Shown here: piece after piece, positions 26,129-38,749 of the stretch | Layout: each line of letters opens with the position of its first letter | How positions within the stretch are numbered: the first letter of the stretch is position 1 | Assembly: GCF_006345805.1 (NCBI RefSeq) | Contig: NC_043008.1 | Coordinates: 28,582,001 to 28,646,000 of the forward strand | Length of the DNA: 64,000 nucleotides | Direction: 5' to 3' | Origin: Octopus sinensis | Lineage: Eukaryota | Program-made: the position numbers and the translations under genes | The notes under the pieces: generated by a model | What the model was told of the DNA's origin: nothing | Database searches by the model: none | What the model saw: the letters and a program-made list of their open reading frames with translations, nothing else

Positions 26129-28146
26129 AACCCGTGCTGCATCTGAGAAAGTAACAGTTAGTTCGTTATATATATGTACGTATGTATGTGTGTATGTATA
26201 CACGCATGTATGCATGCATGCATGTATGTATGTATGTACATACGTACGTACGCCTGTGTGTAGGTATGTATTTACGTACGTATGTATGTATGTTTGTATG
26301 TATGTATGTATGTATGTATGTATGTATGTATGCATGTATGTGTGTGTATATGCACACTATAAACTTAAAGCTATAAACCTGTAGTGATGGATAGGTGTAG
26401 ACTGACCACGCATCACAACAATATCAAATTTCAACCTCCCCCGCCGAAACTAGGAAGTGATTTACGACCCTCACCCCCAAGACAAAACTCTAAAACTTAT
26501 TATCAGACGTTTATCTCTATATCACAAAACTTTGGTTTTAATATTTTTTTCTCCCTTACATCTAGTTCAGGTTATATATATATACGTATGTATGTGTGTA
26601 TGTATGTATGTGTGTATGCACGTACGTACGCATGTGCGTACGTATGTATACGCGCACGTATGCATGTGCCTATGTATGTGTGCGCGTACATGTGCTTGCG
26701 TATGTACGTGTGTAAGCCCATACGTAGGTATGTATGTTTGTACGTATGGTTGTACGCTCATACGGTTATATATAACTGCACGTAAGTGTTTTAGCACCAC
26801 GCTTTGCAACATGTATGTAAGGATTACATGTAAACGAGAAAGATGGGTGGTTATAGAATGGTCCTCCTGAATAGGATCTGGATGTTACTCCATTCGGATT
26901 TTCGGTTGAGAGTAGGTTTGTATTCTTGTATACAAACAGCTTCTGTGACCTGTCTCAACATTGCATCGGTGGGATGTGTTGATAGGATGTTTAACTTAAG
27001 TTTCCCTAATGATCCCTTGTGACAGTCTACAGCATGTTGGTAGAAGATGGAGTTTGGCTTCCTTTCAATGTAGTTGTCCAGGCGTTCTTTGAACCTATCA
27101 TTGATACTCCTAGAAGTCTCACATATGTATGACTCTGGGTTAGTCGCGCAAGCTTCTTCTTGGCACTCAATTTGGTATACAGTGCCCTTGGTTTTGCAGT
27201 TTACATGTGGGTTTGTCGAACATACTGCACCATTACTTTGACAGGTGATTCTATCAAATGGATATGATCTGCATAATGCCGATTTGATAGTCCTACCTGT
27301 CTTTTCTACAACTTTGATTTTAAGGCCAGTCTATACAAGCATATATGTGTGTTTATATACAACCTTGAACAAAGTAACAGTCATGTACACAACTTGGACG
27401 GACACATACCAGTACATGGACATACGTCCACATGCACATAAACATACACACACACTCAGACGCGTCTGCCCAATCTCCTAGAGACTCACATACATACGTA
27501 GCACATAAGTACAAACATACATACATACCTACGTATGGGCTTACACACGTACATACGCACGTACATGTACGCGCACACATACATAGGCACATGCATACGT
27601 TCGCGTATACATACATACGCACATGCGTACGTGCGTGCATACACACATACATACATACATACATACATACATACATACATACATACATACATACATACAC
27701 ACATACATACGTATATATATATATGACCTGAACTAACTAGATGTAAGGGAGTAAAAAAAAAAGATAAGTAATATTAAAACAAAAGTTTTGAGATATAGAG
27801 ATAAAACGTCTGATAATAGGTTTTAGAGTTCTGTCTTGGGGGTGAGGATCGTAAATCACTTCCTAGTTTCGGCGGGGGAGTTTGAAATTTGATATTGTTG
27901 TGATGAGTGGTCAGTCCACACCTAGCCATCACTACAGGTTTACAGCTTTAAGTTTATAGTATGTATGTGTGTACATATACACACACTCATACATACATAC
28001 ATACATACACACAGGAGTACGTACGTACGTACGTACATATATACATACATGCATGCATACATACATACGTGTATACATACATACACACATACATACGTAG
28101 ATATATATAACGAACTAACTGTTACTTTCTCAGATGCAGCACGGAT

Positions 28147-28197
28147 TTTGTCAGTGAACAGGTCGCGGTCTTATAACGACGAAAATATTTTGACAAA
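28147..28197 (+). ncRNA. Hammerhead-like motif, G3-C8 swapped core (copy 2)
   Basis: tttgtca GTGAACA g gtcg-cggtcttataa-cgac GAAA atat TT tgacaaa: perfect 7-bp stem I, 4-bp stem II, AAUAUU palindrome. Confidence 0.7.
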
Positions 28198-28323
28198 TTA
28201 AACTTAAATGTTGAAGTGAATCGAACGGCTTTTGTGTGTTTCTTAAATGGCTTACAAACACCTTCCACGCTGCAATTGTTTTCGATCTCAGATCAAATCA
28301 CTTGCTATGCGTGTACATTTCCG

Positions 28324-28370
<47 letters not shown>

Positions 28371-30215
28371 TATGTGTGTGTGTGTATGTATATGCATATA
28401 TAAACATATAAATACATAAAAAATATATAGATACACATATTCAAAATATTATACTCTCACTCCTAGAAACAAAGTTGCTATAGACCGCATTAGTTTAAAA
28501 TACTTTGATTGGTTATTAAGGTGTAAATATAAGAAAAAACAGACAGCGTTTCTACATAATTTAAATTGGTCTTAATTCTCAGTCATTCTGAAAACTCCTC
28601 CGATCGGTTATTCCGTGTTGTTCTCACTAGACGGTGATCTTTCTTGAAGAGTCACTCAATGCTCTCTTGAAATGCATATCGCATCATGTTGTTGCAGTTT
28701 TCTTAAATCCCTCAAAATTACTGTACATTTACGCTAGCATAAGCAATTTTCTTTCATATATTTATGTATACATTTGAAGACATACTTTCCCCATTCTCCG
28801 CTCATTTTCACGCAAAAGGAACACAAACCACGTTTTCTGCGTCTCACTCTCAGCCAGCTATTCTCCTCTATAAAACGTCACTGTATCAAATTCATACTCA
28901 ATAGGTTTAAACAGCTTCTCATATCCACAGTCTGTCTCACAGTTTCATGTAACACACAACCAGGGCACAACCTTTCATTTTTCTTATAACTTTCTATTTT
29001 GAGAAAGATATTATATGACCCACTTCTATTTTTGAATGTGTATCTGTGTTTCGCATTTCATCACGATTTTACATTCATGACATCTTACATTATGGGCAAG
29101 TAGCTTTGTTTGTACGAATTTAAACTTGCATGCCCTTTGCTTTTGTATTTTGTATTCTATTTTACCTTGTTGCATTAGTAGGTAGCATTTTAAAATTTAG
29201 ACTTTACTCGAGTATAAATGTACTATTCTACAACATATAGCTGTTAGTTATATTGCTGTTGAAATCATATCCCCCTGTGATTTTCAGCTGCAATTTTCAC
29301 CTGCAATCTTCACCAAATAACATTCTGTCCAATGCTGCATTTTATCCTTGCATTTCACGTTTTAATTTATCTTTGATTTTAGCTAGTTTTCATCCACCAT
29401 TAGGCACGCTTTATACATTCTTATTTTGCCTTATATAACTTCCGTTTCAATTTTATTATTTTCGTCTGCGTGTATCCTGTTGCACTTACAGTTAGCGGTG
29501 TACTTGTAGTGATATTTGGAATTCGGAAATTTGATACCTCAGGTAATTTTAAACCAATATTGCCCCCATTAATATAAGTATAATCGTGTGAACATGTGAT
29601 TTGAATGGAAATTTCAACGCAGTATCCCGGCAAATATATATTCAGAAATATAATCGTGGAGATTAACAATTCTAAAGGTCTGAGATAAAGCAGAGGTTGC
29701 AGAAAAGCATCACAGAGATTCCAGACAACAGAAGGCAGGCAGCTAGTTAAAAAGAATCTCTTCGTGTACAACATTTTCCCACCTCTCACCAACACGAATT
29801 GAAAACTATCTCATCTCCAGCGAAATAAACGTAACTAGATAAAATTCTGGCATTAAGCTTAACATCGTCTGGAAATCATCTCTGTGTGTATTTATGTAAA
29901 TAAATGAATTCATTGAAATCTTTGTGTTGGTAATTGGATTTTATATGAGAAGACGCGCATAGTAATCAAGCAGACACTGCCCACGTTAGCTAAGCCACAA
30001 GAAAATTTGGTGCCCTTAGCTATTCCAACTGTGGGAAGACAATGCACGAGTAAACGTAACATATTTTTTTGAAGTGAAATCCTATAAAATTTGCTTGACG
30101 TGAATTGCTTTAAGTTTGAGAATGTGAAGATGAGTCGCTATATATAAAAATAATAAAAATGTATATACGCAATAACAAATCTCTGAACGAGGTATAAACA
30201 GTAACTGCACGACAA

Positions 30216-30502
30216 TGTGAGTTATATTTGCCATCTCAATATGGCTAACCACTAAGGGTGGTTGTTACTGTAGCTTGTAGCCCCAGGAGAACATCTTCTC
30301 CAGCTGGCTATAGGCACACTTTTTGTGCCCATGCGTATCACTTAGGTTGACGAGGGAAGGGTGACCTCCCTTTGCAAATACCGATAGGGCACAGAAAGTG
30401 TGCCTATAGCCAGCTGGAGGAGATGTTCTCCTGGGGGCTACAAGCTATTGTAACACCCACCCTTAGTGGTTAGCCATATTGAGATGGCAAATATACCTCA
30501 CA
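30216..30502. mobile_element. MITE-like foldback element with about 115-bp inverted arms
   Basis: 30216-30330 is the near-perfect reverse complement of 30387-30502, with a 56-bp spacer. Confidence 0.85.
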
Positions 30503-30505
30503 AAA

Positions 30506-30546
<41 letters not shown>

Positions 30547-32422
30547 ATGTAAACTTGTACACTGAAATCATGAAAACCAAAACATCAGTACATGTAGATA
30601 ACTAGACACATATATGTAATATTGCTTGAGTTGTCATAAATGAAAATGTAATACACGGATTTGTGATACGTTCATTTTCAAGGGTAAATACTGGATAGGA
30701 CAGAACAGTTTTACTAAACGAAAATAAATTGTTGCAAGACAGGTGGAACATAGACATATATAAAAACAAACAGTTAACATTGCATGCGCATATAAAATTA
30801 AATAAAAGCGAAAATTAAGTTGATAACGATTTATGTTCCAGTTTAGTTATAAAGAAAATAAATATATCATTCATGATGAAAATATATTACAGTGAAAGCA
30901 TGATGTTATACTGTGTATAGTTACAATAGGGGTATTAATCTGATGAATATAAATGTGCAAACCGAGTATTATACCCATTAAGAAAATTGAGCATAAAAAT
31001 AAGGTAGCAGAGCAGGGTAAAAACATTAAGATTTAGATTAGTTAGAATTTTTAAATAATTGACAACTGATATAAGATAGCTAAGTTGGCAAGTAAACATA
31101 AACTGCTAACGTGTATAATATTACATTATAAAGAATGATTTTATGGTGGTAACTGATAGAGACTTTAGAGAATGGTTGAAATGGTTATCATAAGCACTCC
31201 AGAAAATAAAGAAAAGCAAACTCTGTTAATGGAGTGTTTGTATCAACAAATTTCATATAACTGAAAATTTCAATTTAAGCAAATAGTGTCAGTTACTTCG
31301 GCTAAAGAATTCTAATGCAAATATAGAAATCTAAATAAGTGTGTAGTATATATTTATTTACTATGGTTTATCAATGAGAAAGAAGCGCATATGGCAATAA
31401 CTACACAATCATAGAAGTTCAGACGTTCCTGCTACTTCCTAAATGATGAAAGCAAAATCACTGAAGCGGATTGATCAGCAATGTATGTTATCGAATAGAA
31501 ATATTAGTAAGATTTAAAGATTTTACGGTTACAAAAATCAATCTTTTGCAATGTCTGTTGTGTAGGGCATCCTTGTTAAAGATAATTTCAAAGTAGACAT
31601 CATTTCCGGTCACTGATTTTACCTACGAAATGAATTCTAAATACGGCGTATAGTGCGTGTTGTTCTTTAAGCTTTAGACAGAAGATGAATGGACATTCTA
31701 TAACACTTCGTATACTATATATTTAGCAAATTTAGCTGGTACATTCATTTGTACACTGCAAATTTAGTAAAGTTCCTCTAGATCAAAGATCAATGCGAGA
31801 GATAAGAATACTTGATACAAATTTTAGAATGACTTATTTTCATCTTGTAAGAACTTATCTAAAATTCTGTCAATTATAATATGATATCATATGCAACAGA
31901 AAATGCTAGAATAGAAGAAATATATATTTTATGGATGGTCGTTTCGGATTTAACGGGAGTATTTCGAGGTTATCATCTCAAATATATTTCCGCTGAAATT
32001 TTTACTGACATAAGAAGAATGCTGAGTAAAAATAGTTATTCATTAGTAGGATTCTTAGAAATTATACGAACCCCTTATGATCCTGCTTGCAACAAACATT
32101 TCGACAGCTGTTAGAATACTTAGTCTTCTAAAGGTGCATAACAAAGGTGTAATTATGTTAAGAGCAATATATGAAACTTTGATAATTACGAAGTTTTATA
32201 CCTTGCATTTACAAAATTAATGACAAGGGAGACAAACTCCAAGAATAAATGACCGTGACAAACTATATACATAAGAGGATACTTACTGAACACGTTGTCT
32301 TTGGCGTTGTCTTTGTATTTGTCAAGATGACGCAAAACCTATAAATACACATTCAACCAATGGTGCATATATAAGCACAAAACACGAAAATATATTCATT
32401 TGCATACATACATACGTGTAGG

Positions 32423-32500
<78 letters not shown>

Positions 32501-32502
32501 GT

Positions 32503-33165
32503 AGGTCCCGGGTTGATTCGGGGTTAACCACAGTAAATAAGGTACTCAATACATAGCAGAGTAAAATTAATTTATTATATAGAAGGAGCTTCTACAGGAC
32601 TATAACTGTTTCATTCAAGAGAAATCTTCAGGAAGCTAGTTAACAAGAATTGTATTGGCATTTATACATTTAGGCAGGTTTAAAGGGGTGGTGGTGGGGG
32701 ACTTTTTGGGGGTAGGCATAGCGCAAAATATCATACTTGGGGGAGTGGTCAAGGAGTCAGTGGTAAATTAGATAAAAGAATAAATAAAAAAAATAAAAAA
32801 ATATATAAAAAAGAATAGAGTTTTAGGTAAATAAGGAGATTCTCACTTATACCTATACACATATGTATACATATATACACGCACATACATACATATATAC
32901 ATACACACATACATACACACACATATACATATATATACACATACACATACATATACATATCTACACATACACATATATATATATACATACACTCACTCAC
33001 ATGCATACACGTATACACACATGTATATATACACACACGACCACACATACATATACACACATAAAGATATATATACATACACACATACACACATGCACAC
33101 ACAGCACACTAGTCCCTATATACACATATATACAGATACACACATATATATACATACACATACAT

Positions 33166-33205
<40 letters not shown>

Positions 33206-33630
33206 TATATATACATATATATATATACATATGTGTACCTATACATACCTACACATACACACATATATATACATACAAATACAGACCCACTCCCTAATTT
33301 TAATTTTATTATCTTCATTTATTACTTTTGTTATCTTTGACCGCTGGTCCCAAGGATCTTGGCTATGACAGCAAGTCCATTTATCTGTGTACTTGAAAAC
33401 AAGCACTCATTCACGCACACTCATTAGCACGTACACTCACTCATTCGTACACTCATACACATACACGCACGCACGCGTTATATTCATACATACATACATC
33501 TACATACAATCACGTATATACACATACGTACGCGTACCTACAGATTCATGTCTACACTCTTAGAAGGCTAGTCTATACATATACACCAATAAATATATAT
33601 ATACACACATACATATACACCTACATACAA

Positions 33631-33661
<31 letters not shown>

Positions 33662-33969
33662 ATATATATATATATATACACATATATATACATACATATA
33701 TATACAAATATATATACACACATATATATACACACATACACATACATCCATATATACACACACACACATATACATGTGTGCAAACATACATACATACTCA
33801 TACACGCACACACACTTACTTGGCAAAGTAATTTATTTTACTAAGCCCTAATTATATAATATTTTATACATACATACACATACATACACACATACATATA
33901 CACATACATATGCATACACACATATATATATATACATATATACATATATACACACACACACACACACGC

Positions 33970-34012
<43 letters not shown>

Positions 34013-35342
34013 CATACATACACACACACACACACACATAATACATGCGTATATTCCTACTATACCCATACATTTCTATACATATATACGATACACATAT
34101 ACAAGCGTGCACATACAATATGTGAAAGGTCTTAGGAGAAAAGGTAATCGGGGGTGCTAGGGGAACGGTGGGATTGGGGGGGGGTTGTGGGGGGGGGTGT
34201 CATCAATCTGGTTGCCGGGTAGGTCTATAGTTCTTGTAGTTCGCATACTTCTTATCCATGCAATTTGGGGAGTGTTCTGAGATTTTGTTAAGGAGAGGGC
34301 CTTTGGCGAACAAGATCTCTAGGCTCTCCGATATGCAGAGGTCACAGCAGGTATGGCCTCCTGTGTACGAGCGCGCCTTCTGTAGTAGTTTCCACTTGGT
34401 CTTGAAGGGGATTGAGTTCCTTTTAAGGTACCAGATGTGGGCGGCGAGGGTAGTTTGGTTGGATTTATCCTGTCGCCGGAACGAGTGTGTGTGTGCGTAC
34501 CAACGGGTCTTAAAGCTGTTTGACGTCATTCCGATGTAGGATTTACTTTTATCGTCAGGGCCTGATCTTACCTCGCATGTATATACTAGGTCCCTCTGTA
34601 GGCAGTTATTGTTGAGGGGGCAGGTGGTTTTATCAGGGCAGTTGCAATTGCTATCGGACGTTGGATGGGCCTCGGAAAAAGTAGATATGTTAAGTTTTTT
34701 CACATTGTTGTTGGCTAGCTTCCTGGCTAGATTGGGCGTGGTAGAGTAGGAGAGTCTAATAGTGTTCTTATTTAGGATAGTGTAGTACTTATGTTGGGTG
34801 GGGAAGTGTTTCTGTAGGAGAGTGAAGAAGATTTTAGCTACAGGTGTAGCGACCTCACGGTTGAAGGGGGGGTTGTACCAGCTAATGTGTCTTCGTCTAT
34901 TTTTCCTGGGTTGGCGTGGGGCTATACTAGTATAGGTAATCTTATCTTTAAAGCCACTGCGGGCCAGGGCCTCGTTGTAATAGGGGGCTGCGGCCTTAAA
35001 GATATCTTCCGTGGCGGACAGGCTAGAAATTCTAATTGAGAGACTTTTTACTAGGTTATCTAATATATTTTTGGGGTGGTTGGAATTAATATCTATATAT
35101 CTAAGGGATTCATTCGGTTTGTGGTACGGGTAATAAAGTGAGGTTTTTAAGTCGAGGGTGACATCAAGGAAGTTAGCTTTTGTTAAGTTGGATTGTAAGG
35201 TAATCCTAAGGCCTAAGTTTTTAAAGAAGGTGTAAAGATTTTTCCGGAACCCATCCGTGGTCTTGGGGTTTATTTTGTGGAGGGCGAAAAGGCCGTCATC
35301 GCGGTAAAGACCACCGGAGAGGCCTGTGAATAGGGTTTTCAG
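32503..35342 (-). mobile_element. Relatively young 5'-truncated PLE with uninterrupted RT-GIY-YIG frame and 3' region
   Basis: 35342->34203 open: GLYRDDGL, NFLDVTLDL, SNHPKNI, WYNPPFN, CNCPDKTTCPLNNNCL, LVYTCEV..YIGMTSNSFKTRW..H, CDLCISE. The architecture resembles the cnidarian/mollusc Hydra-type PLEs (inference). The 5' end lies in (TA)n. Confidence 0.93.
32587..32637 (-). ncRNA. Type I hammerhead with a monomer-capable stem III
   Basis: agcttc CTGAAGA t-ttc-tctt-gaa-t GAAA cag-ttatagtc-ctg TA gaagct: 6-bp stem I, ACAG/CUGU stem III, GUA triplet; U-U at the stem II base. Confidence 0.8.
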
Positions 35343-35355
35343 CCTATATATATAT

Positions 35356-35425
<70 letters not shown>

Positions 35426-35543
35426 TTAACAATTAAGGATAATCTCTTAATAGGGATCTTAACAAGAAATTATCGGGTAGTTAGCGTGAAAATCTCATAA
35501 AAGAAAAGAATTCGAAAAGAATTTTTTTCTTTTGAACAAATTA

Positions 35544-35775
35544 ATTATATCTATATTGTATAGAGGGCATTATATCTATATTGTATAGAGGGCAACTTAC
35601 GTCTTATAAGACGTAAGTTGAATGTGAAATCACGGTGATACAGAACTAAATTCATTTTTTAAATGTATTGCTTTGAAAAACTGCATTTAGGTATGATTAG
35701 TATAATTTTGGTAGTAATGACTTTGTCACTCTTAGTGTGAGGCATTTATGTGTATAATGCCCTCTATACAATATA
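35544..35775. repeat. Small TIR-like unit with tandem 25-mer and perfect 28-bp palindrome
   Basis: ttatatctatattgtatagagggca twice (35545-35594); palindrome caacttacgtcttataagacgtaagttg (35593-35620); inverted copy tgccctctatacaatata at 35758-35775. Confidence 0.75.
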
Positions 35776-35814
35776 TTATATATATATATATAATATATAT
35801 ATATATTATATATA

Positions 35815-35863
<49 letters not shown>

Positions 35864-35870
35864 ATATCTT

Positions 35871-36748
35871 AAAGAGATGTACTTGCATACCAAGTTACTT
35901 GATCTGAGAGCGTGTGCTGAAACGAAAACAATTGCAGTGGGGAAGGTGCATATATATATGTACGTATGTATGTGCGTATGCATGTATGCATGCATGTATG
36001 TATGTACGTACGTACGCATGTATGTATGTAAGTATGTATGTGTGTGTGTGTATGCACTCACACACGCACACACACGCACACTATAAACTTAAAGCTATAA
36101 ACCTGTAGTGAAGGATCGGTGTAGACTGACCACTTATTACAACAATATCAAATTTCAACCTCCCCCGCCGAAACTAGGAATTGATTTACGACCCTTACCC
36201 CCACGACAAAACTGTAAAACCTATCTCAGCCACTTATCTCTATATCTCAAACTTTGGTTTTACTATTACTTATCTTTTTTTTCCCTTACATTTAGTTAGT
36301 TCAAGTTACATATATATATATATACGTGTATGTGTGTATGTATGTATGTATGTATGTATGTATGTATGTATGTATGTATGTATGTATGTATGTATGTATG
36401 TATATATGTGTGTATGCACGTACGTACGCATGTGCGTATGTATGTATATGCGTATGTATGTGTGTATGTGTGTACATGTATGTGCGTATGTACGTGTGTA
36501 TGCCCATACGCATGTAGGTATGCATGTTTGTACTTATGTGCTACGTATGTATGTGAGTATCTAGGAGAATGGGCAGACGTACATATATATAACGAACTAA
36601 CTGTTACTTTCTCAGATGCAGCACGAATTTTGTCAGTGAATAGGTCGCGGGCGAAAATATTCTGACAAATTAAACTTAAATGTTGAAGTGAATCGAACGG
36701 CTTTTGTGTGTTTCTTAAATGGCTTACAAACACCTTCCTCGCTGCAAT
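35871..36748. mobile_element. Third, internally rearranged copy of the 26/28 kb pLTR
   Basis: 35871-36580 matches 25961-26780 in the same orientation, but segment A is missing there and appears inverted at 36580-36748; (TA)n on both sides. Confidence 0.85.
36629..36669 (+). ncRNA. Hammerhead-like motif of the G3 family (copy 3; G3-U8, shortened stem II, UUC triplet)
   Basis: tttgtca GTGAATA ggtcgcgggc GAAA atat TC tgacaaa. Confidence 0.55.
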
Positions 36749-36769
36749 TATATATATATATATATTATA

Positions 36770-36817
<48 letters not shown>

Positions 36818-36832
36818 TAGTATATATATAAA

Positions 36833-36993
<161 letters not shown>

Positions 36994-37262
36994 ACATATA
37001 TATATATATATAGGATTAAATGTATGGATAAGCACGTTAGGCAATTTGATGTGCAAACGATATTAGATACATCTATTATAAAAAAATGTACATATACTTT
37101 CATATAAAAAGGTTAAACTTACACAAAATAGATATGCTATCAGGAATTTAAAGGTTTGACGAAGCCAACTGCACCTTCTGAGTGGTTTTGTCGTCCAAAA
37201 TAACTATTCTAATGACTATCCGATAATGGAAGCAATTACAATCATTATTTTTTAAGTGTATG

Positions 37263-37409
37263 AGTTCAAATTCTGGCGAGGTCGACTTTGCCTTTCGTCA
37301 TTTTGAGGTCGATAAATTAAGTAACATTTGGCGCTGCTGGCTCGATCTAATCGACTGGCCCTTTACCCCAAAAGTTTGGACTTTGTGCTTAGAGTAGAAA
37401 AGATTATTC
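37263..37409 (+). mobile_element. Second SINE family (OR-like) fragment
   Basis: gagttcaaattctggcgaggtcgactttgcctttc..gtcgataaattaagta..aatcgact; reverse-related to 52130-52280. Confidence 0.65.
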
Positions 37410-37841
37410 TATAAGTGTATTCTAAACTGAGAATATCTATCTCTCGTCTATGGTATATATATATATATATACCAACTTACAAGAAACTAGTTGAACTGAT
37501 GTGCTTAGACCTAGGCACGGTGGGAGCTCGCGAGGAAAATTAAGATACGCTACTTCGAAATTCAAAATCACCAGTGAAATGGCTGTCTGAGTCCATAGTG
37601 AGCTTCTCTGCATTGTCAGCTTATTAAGCTAATGAGTCGGTTTGACACCCATTTCTTGTAATGCCGGTACCACTTTGTACTCTCTGTCGCTTTAAAGACG
37701 TCTGCAAATTTGTCTTTATGTGATTAAAATGCTATCAAACCACCCGTATTTTATAGATGTGTGTGTATGTATGTATATATATGTATATATCTGTATGTAT
37801 ACACACACGCATATATATGTATGTATATATATAATATATAT

Positions 37842-37895
<54 letters not shown>

Positions 37896-38150
37896 TATAT
37901 ATATATGTGAAATAGAAAGATGAATAATCTTGTAGCAGATTAATCAAAAGTTTAACCGATACCTTGGTAGCAAAAATCACAGTAGAAGACAGCACGGTTG
38001 GAGGTACAACCATATGGTGTTGCAACCGTGCGTTGGTGCGGATAATTGAATTTTAATATGATTGGTGAATTGAAGAAATGGAGCTGAACGAAGATTGAAC
38101 AGAAATCGTTTTATTTCATTCTACACGTGTTTCGAAAGGCACAATTTATT

Positions 38151-38184
<34 letters not shown>

Positions 38185-38185
<1 letters not shown>

Positions 38186-38264
38186 ATATAGGCAGGGCTG
38201 GCCTGCTAGGTAGCCGGCCGAATGCATTCGGCCGGCTACCTAGTAGGCCAGTCCTGCCTATATA
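38185..38264. repeat. 80-bp near-perfect GC-rich palindrome flanked by TA
   Basis: tatataggcagggctggcctgctaggtagccggccgaat-gc-attcggccggctacctagtaggccagtcctgcctatata; only 2 mismatches, both G-U compatible on the + strand. Confidence 0.92.
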
Positions 38265-38370
38265 CACATATATTAGAAGTTTCTCTGACTTCTCAGATTT
38301 TTTGAAAGCTGGACTACTGGTTTTAAATTGATATTAAAATTAATATTAATTTATCTCCCTCATTATTTAA

Positions 38371-38432
<62 letters not shown>

Positions 38433-38749
38433 CTATATATATATATATATACATACGCACGCACATTCTGTGGCTAATAAAACTAACAACAGCAACAACA
38501 CTAACAACAACAACAACAACAATAATAATGATAATAATAATAATATTAATAATAATAATAATAATAACTATTATTATTATTTTTGTTATTATTATTATTA
38601 CTATTTGTTACTATTATGACATCATAAGTCTTTAAGTTTCAAGTTTTATAACTGGCGAGACAAAGAAAGAGAGAAAAGAGAGAGAAAAGGAAAATAAAGA
38701 AAAGTAAAAAGAAGAATATTTAATCAATCAGTTTTGTATAAATGTGATG

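Larger units (their letters stand above)
25959..28326 (-). mobile_element. PLE GIY-YIG fragment flanked by inverted pLTRs
   Basis: Stop-free frame 27335->26851: ..CSTNPHVNCKTKGTVYQIEC..ESYICETSRSINDRFKER..RQVTEAVCI..LNRKSEW. Flanks 25959-26750 and about 27500-28326 are inverted copies, and both outer ends sit in (TA)n. Confidence 0.88.
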
